This document shows, piece after piece, positions 9,432 to 18,568 of a stretch of DNA of 64,000 bases (positions are counted from its first letter, which is position 1; each line of letters starts with the position of its first letter). This DNA comes from an uncultured virus (IMG/VR IMGVR_UViG_3300025151_000021) (lineage: Duplodnaviria > Heunggongvirae > Uroviricota > Caudoviricetes): the IMG/VR virus record IMGVR_UViG_3300025151_000021. The stretch is one strand, 5' to 3'. A program made the translations under genes and the position numbers. Under the pieces are notes generated by a model. That model ran no database searches and was not told the origin of the DNA. It saw nothing but the letters and a program-made list of their open reading frames with translations.

Positions 9432-10864
9432 TGGAGATGGATAACTTAGATTTCATGTCATCTATGGATATGGAACTCTCAAAGAACTCCTTCCCTTACT
9501 TTTTCAAAAACGTGCTAGGAATGATGTATCCTGAGTACATGCAAGAATGGCTACAGTCTATGGAGACAACAGACAGGACAGTTATCATTTGTAGCAGAGA
9601 CCACGGAAAGTCAGTATTCATGCATAGTTGGGTAGTTTGGAATCTCATATTTCAAGAGCCTCCTTTTCAAATGCTATACATCTCATCTAACCAAAAGCAG
9701 ACTCTAGTTCATATGAGGGAGATTGATAGATACTTCAACCTACCAGCATTAAAACAATTCAAGCCTAGTCGTGGATGGGCAATCGGTAATATTCAACTCA
9801 CCAACGGCAATGCGATTCTAGAGCGTTCCGTTGGTTCTCAGATTCGTGGCCTTCACCCACAGGAGATTATCATTGACGACCCCTTGAAAGAGTTCAGCCT
9901 TGCTGGTATTCAGAGAGTTACTGATTGGTTCTTCGGTGATATGATTCCTACATTGCATCACACATCTAAACTAAGGATGATTGGCACTCCCTTCACTTAC
10001 ACTGATATCTTTTCACAATTAGAAGAGAACGAGGCATACACTGTGACAAAGTATCCATGTCTCAATGCATTGAACGAACCTCTTTGGCCTGAGCGTTGGG
10101 ACTTCGATGCACTCATGCAGAGGAAGGCAGAGATAGGTTCTCTGAAGTTTACAAGAGAGTATCTGTGTGTACCAATATCAACAGGCACTGCGTTATTCAA
10201 TCCTGAGTTCATAGAGAAATGCAAGAACAAAGAGTATATTCTGAAACTAGGAAACCGAAAGGACAAGGGATACAGATACTACGTTGGTGTTGACCCTGCT
10301 ATCTCAACCGATGGTGACTACAACGTTATTACAGTTTTAGAGGTAGATGAGAATCAGAACAAGGCAATCGTTCATGTTGATAGGGCAAAGAACATTGAGT
10401 TTAGAGAGAACATAGAAAAAATTAGATTGATTGGTAAGGTGTTTGAACCGGAGGAGATTCTGTTTGAGACTAACACATTCGCAAAGGCATTTACTCAAGA
10501 GTTGAAGAACATGACAGACCTAAACATTAGAGACTTCAATACGACTAGAAGAAAGAAACAAGAGATAATTCTAAATCTTCAAATGAATATTGAGAATCAG
10601 AAGATAATCATGCCGTATGGTGACAATGCAAGCAGAAGGCTAACCAGTGCCTTGATAGAAGAACTTTCAATGTTCTCAATTACTGCTAGTGGAAAGTTCG
10701 AGGGAGTAGGCGCACATGACGACTTGGTTATGAGTTTAGCACTAGCCAATGCAGCATCACAAGGAACGGGAGAACAGTTCGTTTTGCTTGATGACATGGA
10801 CATCTTTGATGAACCGGCCACTGTTCGGAAGAACATGTCGGGTGTCCTCGGCTTAAATTTTTGA
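9431..10864 (+). CDS. terL: Terminase large subunit
   Basis: Walker A-like SRDHGKS, Walker B IIIDD, MIGTP coupling motif, nuclease VGVDPA and HDDLVMSLALA. Confidence 0.95.
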   Translation: MEMDNLDFMSSMDMELSKNSFPYFFKNVLGMMYPEYMQEWLQSMETTDRTVIICSRDHGKSVFMHSWVVWNLIFQEPPFQMLYISSNQKQTLVHMREIDRYFNLPALKQFKPSRGWAIGNIQLTNGNAILERSVGSQIRGLHPQEIIIDDPLKEFSLAGIQRVTDWFFGDMIPTLHHTSKLRMIGTPFTYTDIFSQLEENEAYTVTKYPCLNALNEPLWPERWDFDALMQRKAEIGSLKFTREYLCVPISTGTALFNPEFIEKCKNKEYILKLGNRKDKGYRYYVGVDPAISTDGDYNVITVLEVDENQNKAIVHVDRAKNIEFRENIEKIRLIGKVFEPEEILFETNTFAKAFTQELKNMTDLNIRDFNTTRRKKQEIILNLQMNIENQKIIMPYGDNASRRLTSALIEELSMFSITASGKFEGVGAHDDLVMSLALANAASQGTGEQFVLLDDMDIFDEPATVRKNMSGVLGLNF

Positions 10865-10873
10865 GGTGAGAAG

Positions 10874-12247
10874 TTGAGCGAAAAAGGGGATAAATTGAGG
10901 GAGCAAGCAGAACTCAATAATCGTAGAGCAGACCTTGCTGATGAGGAGGATGCAATCGAACAACAGCAAAAAAGAATCACCAGTGAACTAACTCAAAAAT
11001 GGTTGGCTACACAGCCAATCTCAAATCACACAGACATAGAGAAGAGGTTTGCAGAGGAGCATAGGCTAACACTTTCTGATGCAAGGAAACATCTTGGATT
11101 CGAGATGAAGAAATATCAGATTGAAGGAAAGGACATACCTGCTCTTGTAAAGGAACTCAAAGTCTATCGTAGAAGCCTGAAAGGAGAGGACAAGATTTCC
11201 TTAACTAAATCCATATCAAATCTAATAGGTTCCTACTCAGACCACCTGAGTAAAAGCATAGACAACATCTATTGGATAAACAAGTACAAGAGTCCACTTT
11301 TGGATATGGGTTTCAATGAGGAGAAAATAATCAAACTGTCTCTTGTCACAGACGAAAGCACTAGAAGAGACATCATAGATACACTATGCAAGTATTGGGA
11401 GGATAGGATAGAGAGGAATGGACTAGGATTCAATTCTGATTATGCTAGACTAACAAAAAGCATGAGTGATAGCAAGAGAGAAATCAGAAACATCCTCAAT
11501 AAGTACATTGAGTCAAGTGGTAATGGAAACGTAGGCCAAAAGGAAATACTCAAGAGAAAGATAGTGACGATGGTTTGTGAAGAGCAGGGTATTTCTCCTC
11601 GACAGATTTACGACAGACTTCCCAAGAATATGATGAAGAACTCATCTCCTAGCATGATATCTAAACTAGCGAAGTCTCAGAATATAACAAACGTAAATGG
11701 TTCATTATACAAGATGAGTGATGAGATAAAGAAGGACATCTATGCCTACACTGCTGCATTCATAGACTCTGATGGATACATCACGATGGATAAGAACCAC
11801 AATCCGAGAGTGGGGTTGGTTGCGACAGGAGATAGAGGCAAGGCATTCATGTTGGAGATGAAGAAGTCTCTAGGGATTGGTAGACTACACCTAGACCAAA
11901 AATCACCGCAGGACACCAAGCCAATAAACAGACTGAACTTCTACTCACAGGCTGAAGTCACAGAACTCCTAACGAAGTGCCTCCCACATTTCAAACTAAA
12001 GAGAAAGAACGCAGATATACTTCTAGAACTAATGAGGATGAAGAAGAGCCACAAAAAGGCTGGATGGTACAAGGCTAGAAAGGTTGAGTTGTTCAAACTC
12101 ATGAAGTACGAAAACCACAAAGACGATAAAAACTATGATTTCAGCAAATATGAAATTGACATCGATACCGTGGCTAAATACTACGAAAACGGAAAGATGT
12201 CTGAAATGGATAAATTAGAATCTATAGCAAAGAACGAGGACGAATAA
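10874..12247 (+). CDS. Protein with a C-terminal LAGLIDADG homing-endonuclease domain
   Basis: AYTAAFIDSDGYI motif; LLTKCLPHFKLKRKNA typical of single-motif LAGLIDADG proteins; long unrelated N-terminus. Confidence 0.8.
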   Translation: MSEKGDKLREQAELNNRRADLADEEDAIEQQQKRITSELTQKWLATQPISNHTDIEKRFAEEHRLTLSDARKHLGFEMKKYQIEGKDIPALVKELKVYRRSLKGEDKISLTKSISNLIGSYSDHLSKSIDNIYWINKYKSPLLDMGFNEEKIIKLSLVTDESTRRDIIDTLCKYWEDRIERNGLGFNSDYARLTKSMSDSKREIRNILNKYIESSGNGNVGQKEILKRKIVTMVCEEQGISPRQIYDRLPKNMMKNSSPSMISKLAKSQNITNVNGSLYKMSDEIKKDIYAYTAAFIDSDGYITMDKNHNPRVGLVATGDRGKAFMLEMKKSLGIGRLHLDQKSPQDTKPINRLNFYSQAEVTELLTKCLPHFKLKRKNADILLELMRMKKSHKKAGWYKARKVELFKLMKYENHKDDKNYDFSKYEIDIDTVAKYYENGKMSEMDKLESIAKNEDE

Positions 12248-12248
12248 T

Positions 12249-13895
12249 ATGGTAGAAGAAAAAAGACCCTCGTTGTTTCAGCGATTAACTCGTAGAACAA
12301 CACCAAAGCCTGAAGACAGAACGATATACAATCCGGGGATACAAGAGAAAGACACCTCCTATCTAGTGACTGCTCCTATTGTATACCACATAACATATCA
12401 GTCAGTGATAACTAGAACTTGTATCACGCAACTGAAGAATGAGATATTCAGAAGAGGATACGTTTGGGAGGAGAAGTTCACCAGTAGGTGTGGAGATTGT
12501 GGTAATGAACACAAGCAAGCAGTGAAAGAATGTGTTGACTGTGGTAGTATGAATCTAATTAAGCCTGATAAAAACCAACTCAAATACATTCACAAGTTAC
12601 TAGATGGATATGTGAACAAAGGCGAGCAGTTGTTCATCGACGTACTCAAAGAACTAGAGGATGACCTCAATATAATGGATGATGCTTACCTCATAATGGT
12701 CAAGGAATACTACGTTGATGGGAACGGAGATATTCGTATGCATCGAATTAAGGAAATCTACAGGGGAGACCCTGTATCCATGCACATCTATGCTGATGAG
12801 AATGGTGAGAGAGGAAATGAGGGATACACCTGTTTGACTCATAGAGGTCATATCAGTAAGAGCATGAGTGACTCCTGTGAAATATGTGGTGCTGAATTGC
12901 ATCCAGTGCATTATGTTAACAGAGCCAATGGCAAAGAGCAAGCATTCATCGAGGGAGAAGTTCTGCACTTTAGCAAATACTCACCTTCTAGATTGTATGG
13001 TAGGTCTCCGATAATGACCCTTTGGAATCACATAACGACTCTAATATCAATGGAGAACTATGTCAACTCCTCATACACAAAGGCTAGAATGCCAAGGGGA
13101 ATACTAGCAGTGCAAACTAGAAACATGGAATCGATGAAGTCATTTTGGCGTGGTGTCAAGGAGAAGATGGAGCAAGACCCACACTTCATTCCAGTTATGG
13201 GTATAGAGGGTGAAGGAAAAACCGGAGCCGTAGAATGGATTAAGTTCATGGACAGCCTAAAGGAGATGGACTACATACAGGTCAAGGATGACCTAAGAGA
13301 TAGAATAGCAGCCTTCTATGGAGTAAGCAAAATCTTCATGGCAGACAATTCAACCAGTGGAGGTCTGAACAATGAGGGAATGCAGATACTCGTAACCAAC
13401 AGAGCAGTTGAGATGGCACAGACAATTTGGAACAACTATGTGTTCCCATTCATGACAGAGGAGTTTGGCATTACAGATTGGGTGCTAAAACTTCCACCAT
13501 CAGAGGAAGAGGATGAGATTGCCAAACTAAGGAAGAGAGAGATTGAAGTCAATGTGGCAGCGTCAATCAAGAATCTTGGGTTTGAGGTTGATATGGATGA
13601 TGAGGGTAGATTTACTTTCACTAAACCTGAACCACAAGAAAGCGAACAAGGTCCATCGAGAGAAGGCGGAGATAAAGTTGAGACTGACCCATACGCTGGA
13701 ACAGACATAGATGCAAGTCAATTAGGTCAGTTGCAAGAGCAACAATTGATGGCTGCAAGCAAACCACAAGAGAACCCACCTGCAACTAGGAACAAGCCAT
13801 CTATGGAGACTGGACCTGATAAGAGGTTTTCAGGACTACCTAGAGAAGCAGGTAATCAGAATGTTGATTCACGAACAGAGAGGAGAGTAGGTTAA
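12249..13895 (+). CDS. Portal protein with zinc-ribbon insertions
   Basis: Position after TerL; LYGRSP, IAAFYGV and GGLNNEG portal-like motifs; CxxC pairs CGDC/CVDC and CLTH/CEIC. Confidence 0.9.
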   Translation: MVEEKRPSLFQRLTRRTTPKPEDRTIYNPGIQEKDTSYLVTAPIVYHITYQSVITRTCITQLKNEIFRRGYVWEEKFTSRCGDCGNEHKQAVKECVDCGSMNLIKPDKNQLKYIHKLLDGYVNKGEQLFIDVLKELEDDLNIMDDAYLIMVKEYYVDGNGDIRMHRIKEIYRGDPVSMHIYADENGERGNEGYTCLTHRGHISKSMSDSCEICGAELHPVHYVNRANGKEQAFIEGEVLHFSKYSPSRLYGRSPIMTLWNHITTLISMENYVNSSYTKARMPRGILAVQTRNMESMKSFWRGVKEKMEQDPHFIPVMGIEGEGKTGAVEWIKFMDSLKEMDYIQVKDDLRDRIAAFYGVSKIFMADNSTSGGLNNEGMQILVTNRAVEMAQTIWNNYVFPFMTEEFGITDWVLKLPPSEEEDEIAKLRKREIEVNVAASIKNLGFEVDMDDEGRFTFTKPEPQESEQGPSREGGDKVETDPYAGTDIDASQLGQLQEQQLMAASKPQENPPATRNKPSMETGPDKRFSGLPREAGNQNVDSRTERRVG

Positions 13896-13896
13896 C

Positions 13897-14286
13897 ATGA
13901 AATATAGACCAAAAGGCTCACCAAGAAAAAACAACCGTAAACCGAAAAAAATGTCAATGAACGATTGGCTTTTCTTCACTCAAACAGATAGAAATAATCT
14001 ATCTCCTGAAGATAAAAGCAGGATGCGTGATATAGAAATTGAATATGAGAGGTATCACAGAGAGAATCCTATTGCAAAATCTTGGCAGGATGTTTTGAAG
14101 AGAAAGAAAAAGAAGAAGTCTACCGTTAATCAGGCTGGTAACTATACCAAGCCCGGAATGAGAAAGAGAATGTTTCAGAGAATCAAAGCAGGTGGCAAGG
14201 GTGGCGCACCCGGTCAGTGGTCTGCAAGAAAAGCACAGATGCTTGCTCAAAGATACAAGAAAGCAGGTGGTGGCTATCGAAACTAA
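13897..14286 (+). CDS. Basic protein with internal KSWQDVLK motif
   Basis: C-terminal GGKGGAPGQWSARKAQMLAQRYKKAGGGY resembles a small basic domain of marine viruses (from memory). Confidence 0.7.
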   Translation: MKYRPKGSPRKNNRKPKKMSMNDWLFFTQTDRNNLSPEDKSRMRDIEIEYERYHRENPIAKSWQDVLKRKKKKKSTVNQAGNYTKPGMRKRMFQRIKAGGKGGAPGQWSARKAQMLAQRYKKAGGGYRN

Positions 14287-14605
14287 AAGTTGGGTCTCGA
14301 TACTAAAGAGGTCTAACCCAAGAATACCACGAAAGAAAGGACAGAGGAGAAACTCAAAGAAGCACTCAGACTTGTACACGGATGAAAACCCAAAGGGAAC
14401 AATACACGGATTAGGATTCAAAGACGAAGAGACATCAAGAAAATCAGTAGCAAAGATAAGGAGAAGCAATAGAAGTCATGCGCATAAGACACAGGCTGCA
14501 ATAGCAATGGAGCAAAGAGCAAGAGAAATGGGCAAGACAAAGGAAGCAGCGATATACAGGAAGTTCATAGAGCAACAGAAGAAAAAGACGGAGGCTAAGA
14601 AATGA
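14270..14605 (+). CDS. Basic protein with KSWVSILK motif and HSDLYTDENPKGTIHGLGFKD domain
   Basis: Probable GTG start at 14270; K/R-rich. Confidence 0.65.
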   Translation: MAIETKSWVSILKRSNPRIPRKKGQRRNSKKHSDLYTDENPKGTIHGLGFKDEETSRKSVAKIRRSNRSHAHKTQAAIAMEQRAREMGKTKEAAIYRKFIEQQKKKTEAKK

Positions 14606-14871
14606 GTTGGTTTGATTTTCTAAAGGCTAAGTCAAAGTCTCAGAGGTCTCTGTCAACTTGGACAGACGAGGAGTGGGGTAGCGCAGAGCAACATCGTGCC
14701 AAAGAGAAGGGAAAGAAAGCACCTTCCAAGACAAAGGGCAGGTACATGCCAAAGGCCACTTACAAAAGAACCCCTAAATCTAGGTTGAAGTATCAAGATA
14801 GAAAGAAGAAAGCAGGTCGTAGAAAGGGCAAGCAACATGTCCCAACAGGAAAGAAGTTCTCTCAGAAGTGA
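14602..14871 (+). CDS. Small basic protein with SW-leader (MSWFDFLK)
   Basis: ATGA coupling; K/R-rich. Confidence 0.7.
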   Translation: MSWFDFLKAKSKSQRSLSTWTDEEWGSAEQHRAKEKGKKAPSKTKGRYMPKATYKRTPKSRLKYQDRKKKAGRRKGKQHVPTGKKFSQK

Positions 14872-14876
14872 TTATC

Positions 14877-15299
14877 ATGCCGATTCGTAAAGTCAAGGGA
14901 GGATACAAGTGGGGCAGTAAAGGTAAGGTCTATCGCAATCGAAAGGATGCTGAGAGACAGGCCGCAGCAGCCTACGCTTCAGGCTACAAGAAGTCAATGG
15001 ATTGGTTTGATACACTAAAGAGAGAGAAGCATCCTGCTTTGAAGAGAGCCGGGGTGAGTGGTTTCAGCAAACCAAAGAGAACACCAAACCACCCCACTAA
15101 GTCTCATATTGTTGTTGTTAAAGACGGTAAGAAAGTCAAGACTATTCGATTTGGACAACAAGGTGCTGATACAGTAACTGAGAAGAACCCAAAGGGAAAG
15201 AGAAAAAAGAAGCAAGCCTCGTTCAAGGCTAGACATGCCAAGAACATCAAGAGAGGAAAGACATCTGCTGCTTATTGGGCCAACAAGGTAAAGTGGTGA
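14877..15299 (+). CDS. Two-domain basic protein with internal MDWFDTLK motif
   Basis: MPIRKVKGGYKWG domain, then motif, then KTIRFGQQG..SFKARH..SAAYWANKVKW domain. Confidence 0.7.
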   Translation: MPIRKVKGGYKWGSKGKVYRNRKDAERQAAAAYASGYKKSMDWFDTLKREKHPALKRAGVSGFSKPKRTPNHPTKSHIVVVKDGKKVKTIRFGQQGADTVTEKNPKGKRKKKQASFKARHAKNIKRGKTSAAYWANKVKW

Positions 15300-15303
15300 T
15301 AAC

Positions 15304-15831
15304 ATGAGTTGGTTCGATATTCTAAAGATGAAGTTCAATGTTCCCTCTAGAAAGATTAAGTTCGATAACGAAGGTGAACTTGAAGAGGTTCGTAAAGCCG
15401 TTAAAGAGGCTAGATTATCAGAGGCTGATTTGAAAAGATTCGATGACAGTGCTATCAAGGCTGTTGCAGATATAGTCGGTGAGGATGATGACGATTATGA
15501 TGACCTTTCCAATGACATAAGAGAATATGTGAAGAAAGAAAAAGAGAAGCACAACAGGAAGAGACCATTTGAGATAGACCCATCTGTTAGAAATGTAAAG
15601 TTCAAGACAACTACTATGGATACACCTTCTTATCCTAGTGGTCACGCTCTTGCAGGATACGTTATGGCGCATGTTATGGCTGATAAGTATCCTGAGAAAA
15701 GAAAGGAACTGTTTTCTACCGCAGACGATGTGGCTCATAGCAGGATGCAGATGGGGGCGCACTATCCGACTGATTTGAAAGAATCTGAAAGACTATCAAA
15801 ACTAATATTTGAGAAACATCTAAAGGACTGA
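15304..15831 (+). CDS. Soluble PAP2-family phosphatase / vanadium-haloperoxidase-like protein with SW-leader (MSWFDILK)
   Basis: All three PAP2 motifs: KEKHNRKRP, YPSGH, SRMQMGAHYPTD. Confidence 0.9.
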   Translation: MSWFDILKMKFNVPSRKIKFDNEGELEEVRKAVKEARLSEADLKRFDDSAIKAVADIVGEDDDDYDDLSNDIREYVKKEKEKHNRKRPFEIDPSVRNVKFKTTTMDTPSYPSGHALAGYVMAHVMADKYPEKRKELFSTADDVAHSRMQMGAHYPTDLKESERLSKLIFEKHLKD

Positions 15832-15835
15832 TAAA

Positions 15836-15955
15836 ATGAATTGGAAAGACACACTGAAGAAGAAACTTGTTGGTGGACAGAAGAAACTGGACAAGGATAA
15901 GGATGGAGACATAGACGCAGAGGATTTCAAACAATTAAGGGAGGAAAAAGAATGA
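15836..15955 (+). CDS. 39-aa EF-hand-loop microprotein with leader (MNWKDTLK), absent from the ORF track
   Basis: MNWKDTLKKKLVGGQKKLDKDKDGDIDAEDFKQLREEKE; DxDxDGxID Ca-binding loop; ATGA overlap with next gene. Confidence 0.75.
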   Translation: MNWKDTLKKKLVGGQKKLDKDKDGDIDAEDFKQLREEKE

Positions 15956-16182
15956 CAGAACAAAAGAAAGGAGTAAGAGAATTGGAAAGAGAACTAGCGA
16001 ATGCAAGAGCAGAACAGAGAGCCTACCATGAGAGTAAGGTGACTGTTAACAGGGACTACTCGATTGGTGGCGTGGACAAAAGCACCACAGTCGAGAAGAA
16101 GATACCCGACACTGCTGATGTTCCTGATGCAATACTTCTACCTAAGAAAAAGAGACTGAAGAAGCAGAACATCCCTTGGTGA
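15952..16182 (+). CDS. Hypothetical protein
   Basis: 76-aa coupled ORF. Confidence 0.6.
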   Translation: MTEQKKGVRELERELANARAEQRAYHESKVTVNRDYSIGGVDKSTTVEKKIPDTADVPDAILLPKKKRLKKQNIPW

Positions 16183-16187
16183 TTAGA

Positions 16188-17171
16188 ATGGATAGCACAT
16201 TCTTCGATGTACTTCGCAAGAGTGTGCCTGTTGAGAAAGCAAAGACTGCTAATCAATTAAATGAACGTAACTATCCAAAAGACGTTCAGGCGTTGATAGA
16301 AATACTCAGGAAGTTTTCTAGAACCAAAACGGTCAAAGACGAGTTTAGTGGAAGAGACAAAGAGATTCCATATTACAATGTTGACGATTCTAGTGTCAGA
16401 GATATAGTGCAAAAATTCAACACAGAAATAGGTCCAAGACTAGACGAACTGACAACGACTGTCAGAAGAGCAGAGGCAATAAAAGACCCATTGAAGAGAA
16501 GGAGAAGATTCAATATGCTATCGGGTGGAAGATACACTGATGTATTTCTTGCTGACGATGATGAGTTTTTGAAGTATGGTAGCAAACCTGCAAACGAGAT
16601 ATACTTGGACTTAATTACCGAACTAAGTGCATCTAGGTCAGGTGAAAATCTATCAGAGCAACAATACAGAAGAATGGTGGAGTATAATAATAAAATCAGA
16701 GATGTGTTTAGCCAGCCAAATCAAATCGTGAAGAAACTCAATGATGATATCGACAGTGGAACTCTAGATTTTGAAAAGAGTGAAGAAAGATTGAAAGATG
16801 TTTTCGCACTTGTTGCAGAAGACCTTGAGGAGTACAAGCAATTGCAAAAGGAGACCGGATTCAAGGGTCAGGAGTTCGTTCTTGCAACGGGCTTCGATGG
16901 AGGACTGTCCAATGACATCCGAGAGGCGGTTGATTTTGTTAACAAAGCATATTCGTTTGTAAGTAAGATTGCTAGAGGCACTGAAACTTCTGATATTGAA
17001 GTAGAGGAAGGACAAGAGCAATTGAGGGGGATTTTACAAGAGGATACCTCTATGGTTGTTAGGGCAAAAAACACTTTGAAGATGTTTGATAGATTCATCA
17101 AAGATGCTAAAATAAAAAATCACACTTTTTCTCTTCCTGATGGTGATAATATCAAAATAACATTAAACTGA
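16188..17171 (+). CDS. Hypothetical helical protein with leader variant (STFFDVLRK)
   Basis: ATG 16188 after GGTGA. Confidence 0.7.
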   Translation: MDSTFFDVLRKSVPVEKAKTANQLNERNYPKDVQALIEILRKFSRTKTVKDEFSGRDKEIPYYNVDDSSVRDIVQKFNTEIGPRLDELTTTVRRAEAIKDPLKRRRRFNMLSGGRYTDVFLADDDEFLKYGSKPANEIYLDLITELSASRSGENLSEQQYRRMVEYNNKIRDVFSQPNQIVKKLNDDIDSGTLDFEKSEERLKDVFALVAEDLEEYKQLQKETGFKGQEFVLATGFDGGLSNDIREAVDFVNKAYSFVSKIARGTETSDIEVEEGQEQLRGILQEDTSMVVRAKNTLKMFDRFIKDAKIKNHTFSLPDGDNIKITLN

Positions 17172-17189
17172 GGTACACTGGGGTTGAAC

Positions 17190-17522
17190 ATGATGTCGTG
17201 GCAGGAAATTCTAAAGGCATCTGATTTTCTAGAGAAACTAGAGCCAAAACAGAAGAAGAGAATAAAGAAACTTCTGCAAGCAACACAACCCACAAAGAAC
17301 ATGGGGGATGAGATGACCAAGTTAGAGGAAGTCATCAAGGAGATGGAAAGTTTAGACATGGTGAAGAGCGACAAGGCTCTGACAAAGAAAGTAAAGTCCT
17401 TCCGTGAGAAGAACCTAGACATACTCGCAAGTGCTGCCGAACTTCGTAAAGACTATCAAACGCTCTATGACCAAATCAGAAGCATAGCATATCCGAAGGG
17501 CGAGAAGGAGGAGAAGGAATGA
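17190..17522 (+). CDS. Coiled-coil protein with SW-leader (MMSWQEILK)
   Basis: Shared motif. Confidence 0.7.
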   Translation: MMSWQEILKASDFLEKLEPKQKKRIKKLLQATQPTKNMGDEMTKLEEVIKEMESLDMVKSDKALTKKVKSFREKNLDILASAAELRKDYQTLYDQIRSIAYPKGEKEEKE

Positions 17523-17589
17523 AACTCAGAATCGTTGAAGATGTAGAGTGGCATAAGGGTATGAGTCTTCCAATGCTAGGTGATTTAGA

Positions 17590-18162
17590 ATGAGTTGGTT
17601 TGACTTAATAAAACTGGATTATAATCCAGATAGTGAGGCTAATCTACCTAGAGAAATATACGACTCTCTTGAAAGACTAGACGAAATAGAAAATGACTAT
17701 TTCAGAAATAAAGATGAAATCGATTACGAGATATACGAGATATGTGATAAGTTGCTTGACTTTGTAAAAAATGATGCAAGGTTGCAAAGTGAGCCAAAGG
17801 AAAGAGATACACTATTAAGAATAGTTAAAGAACATCAAAAGAAATCAGTTTCCGATGGACACTTTGAGACAGTATATCACTATTTCACAGATACTTATGA
17901 TGATTTGAAAAATAAGGAGGAGGATGATGATGATTTTTCCCCAAAATACGGAAGTAAAAATAGAAAAGCAGTTGAAGCAATGCAATCCTTTCAAGACCAA
18001 TATTATGAAAACCCATATTCTGATTACAGGGAGAATAGAGACCTAACTGCTTTCATAGCAGGAGTAAGCAACGGTGAGCCTTTATCAGACTTAGAAAGGA
18101 AATTCCCCGGAGCATACATCGTCTTCGATAGTGCTGGATTATTGAACGAGGTGGAAGAATGA
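17590..18162 (+). CDS. Acidic protein with SW-leader (MSWFDLIK)
   Basis: GGTGA RBS; shared motif. Confidence 0.7.
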   Translation: MSWFDLIKLDYNPDSEANLPREIYDSLERLDEIENDYFRNKDEIDYEIYEICDKLLDFVKNDARLQSEPKERDTLLRIVKEHQKKSVSDGHFETVYHYFTDTYDDLKNKEEDDDDFSPKYGSKNRKAVEAMQSFQDQYYENPYSDYRENRDLTAFIAGVSNGEPLSDLERKFPGAYIVFDSAGLLNEVEE

Positions 18163-18341
18163 GTTGGTTTGAAACACTAAAGGGAAGTTGTGGCACAGAG
18201 AAGTCAGATGAGATGGCAAGAGTTACAACGACAGCCTCTACCGGACAAGACAAAGAAGCGGCCAAGAGGACTGAGGATAAAGAAGCAGAACTACTGGCTA
18301 TGATACGAGAGCGAAACAAAAAAGCGAGGGAAAGCAAATGA
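18159..18341 (+). CDS. Small protein with SW-leader (MSWFETLK)
   Basis: ATGA coupling; shared motif. Confidence 0.7.
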   Translation: MSWFETLKGSCGTEKSDEMARVTTTASTGQDKEAAKRTEDKEAELLAMIRERNKKARESK

Positions 18342-18568
18342 GTAAGAAAGAAGAGAAAAATGAAATGCTACTACTAATGAAAGAACTTGTGAACAAGGTC
18401 AATGCCTTGGAGCAAGCAGTATACAACAAGGACAACCTTCTGATGAAATCAGGATACGTTGTTCGTGAGACACCAAGACCCGCAATGGGTAACATTGACA
18501 CACCTGATGGTGGAACAATGTCATGGGATGAGATTCGCAAAATGGCGGAAAAAATGGAGGGGAGATAA
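18338..18568 (+). CDS. Small coiled-coil protein ending in MSWDEIRKMA; scaffold-like
   Basis: C-terminus parallels that of the protease/scaffold (MSWGDIHNLA). Confidence 0.65.
   Translation: MSKKEEKNEMLLLMKELVNKVNALEQAVYNKDNLLMKSGYVVRETPRPAMGNIDTPDGGTMSWDEIRKMAEKMEGR

Noticed and set aside
9431..13895. Intein or group I intron in terL or portal hosting the LAGLIDADG domain
   Set aside because: Both genes look complete and contiguous, no intein terminal motifs were seen, and the LAGLIDADG protein has its own RBS and ORF.
17519..17593. 24-aa micro-ORF bridging two genes by ATGA overlaps
   Set aside because: Too short and featureless to support as a gene without conservation data.
320..18341. 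SW-leader as a secretion signal or a purely DNA-level promoter/RBS motif
   Set aside because: It has no hydrophobic core. Codons vary (AGT, TCG, ACA, GGT, AAT before TGG) while the peptide pattern holds, and copies also occur internally and at C-termini.
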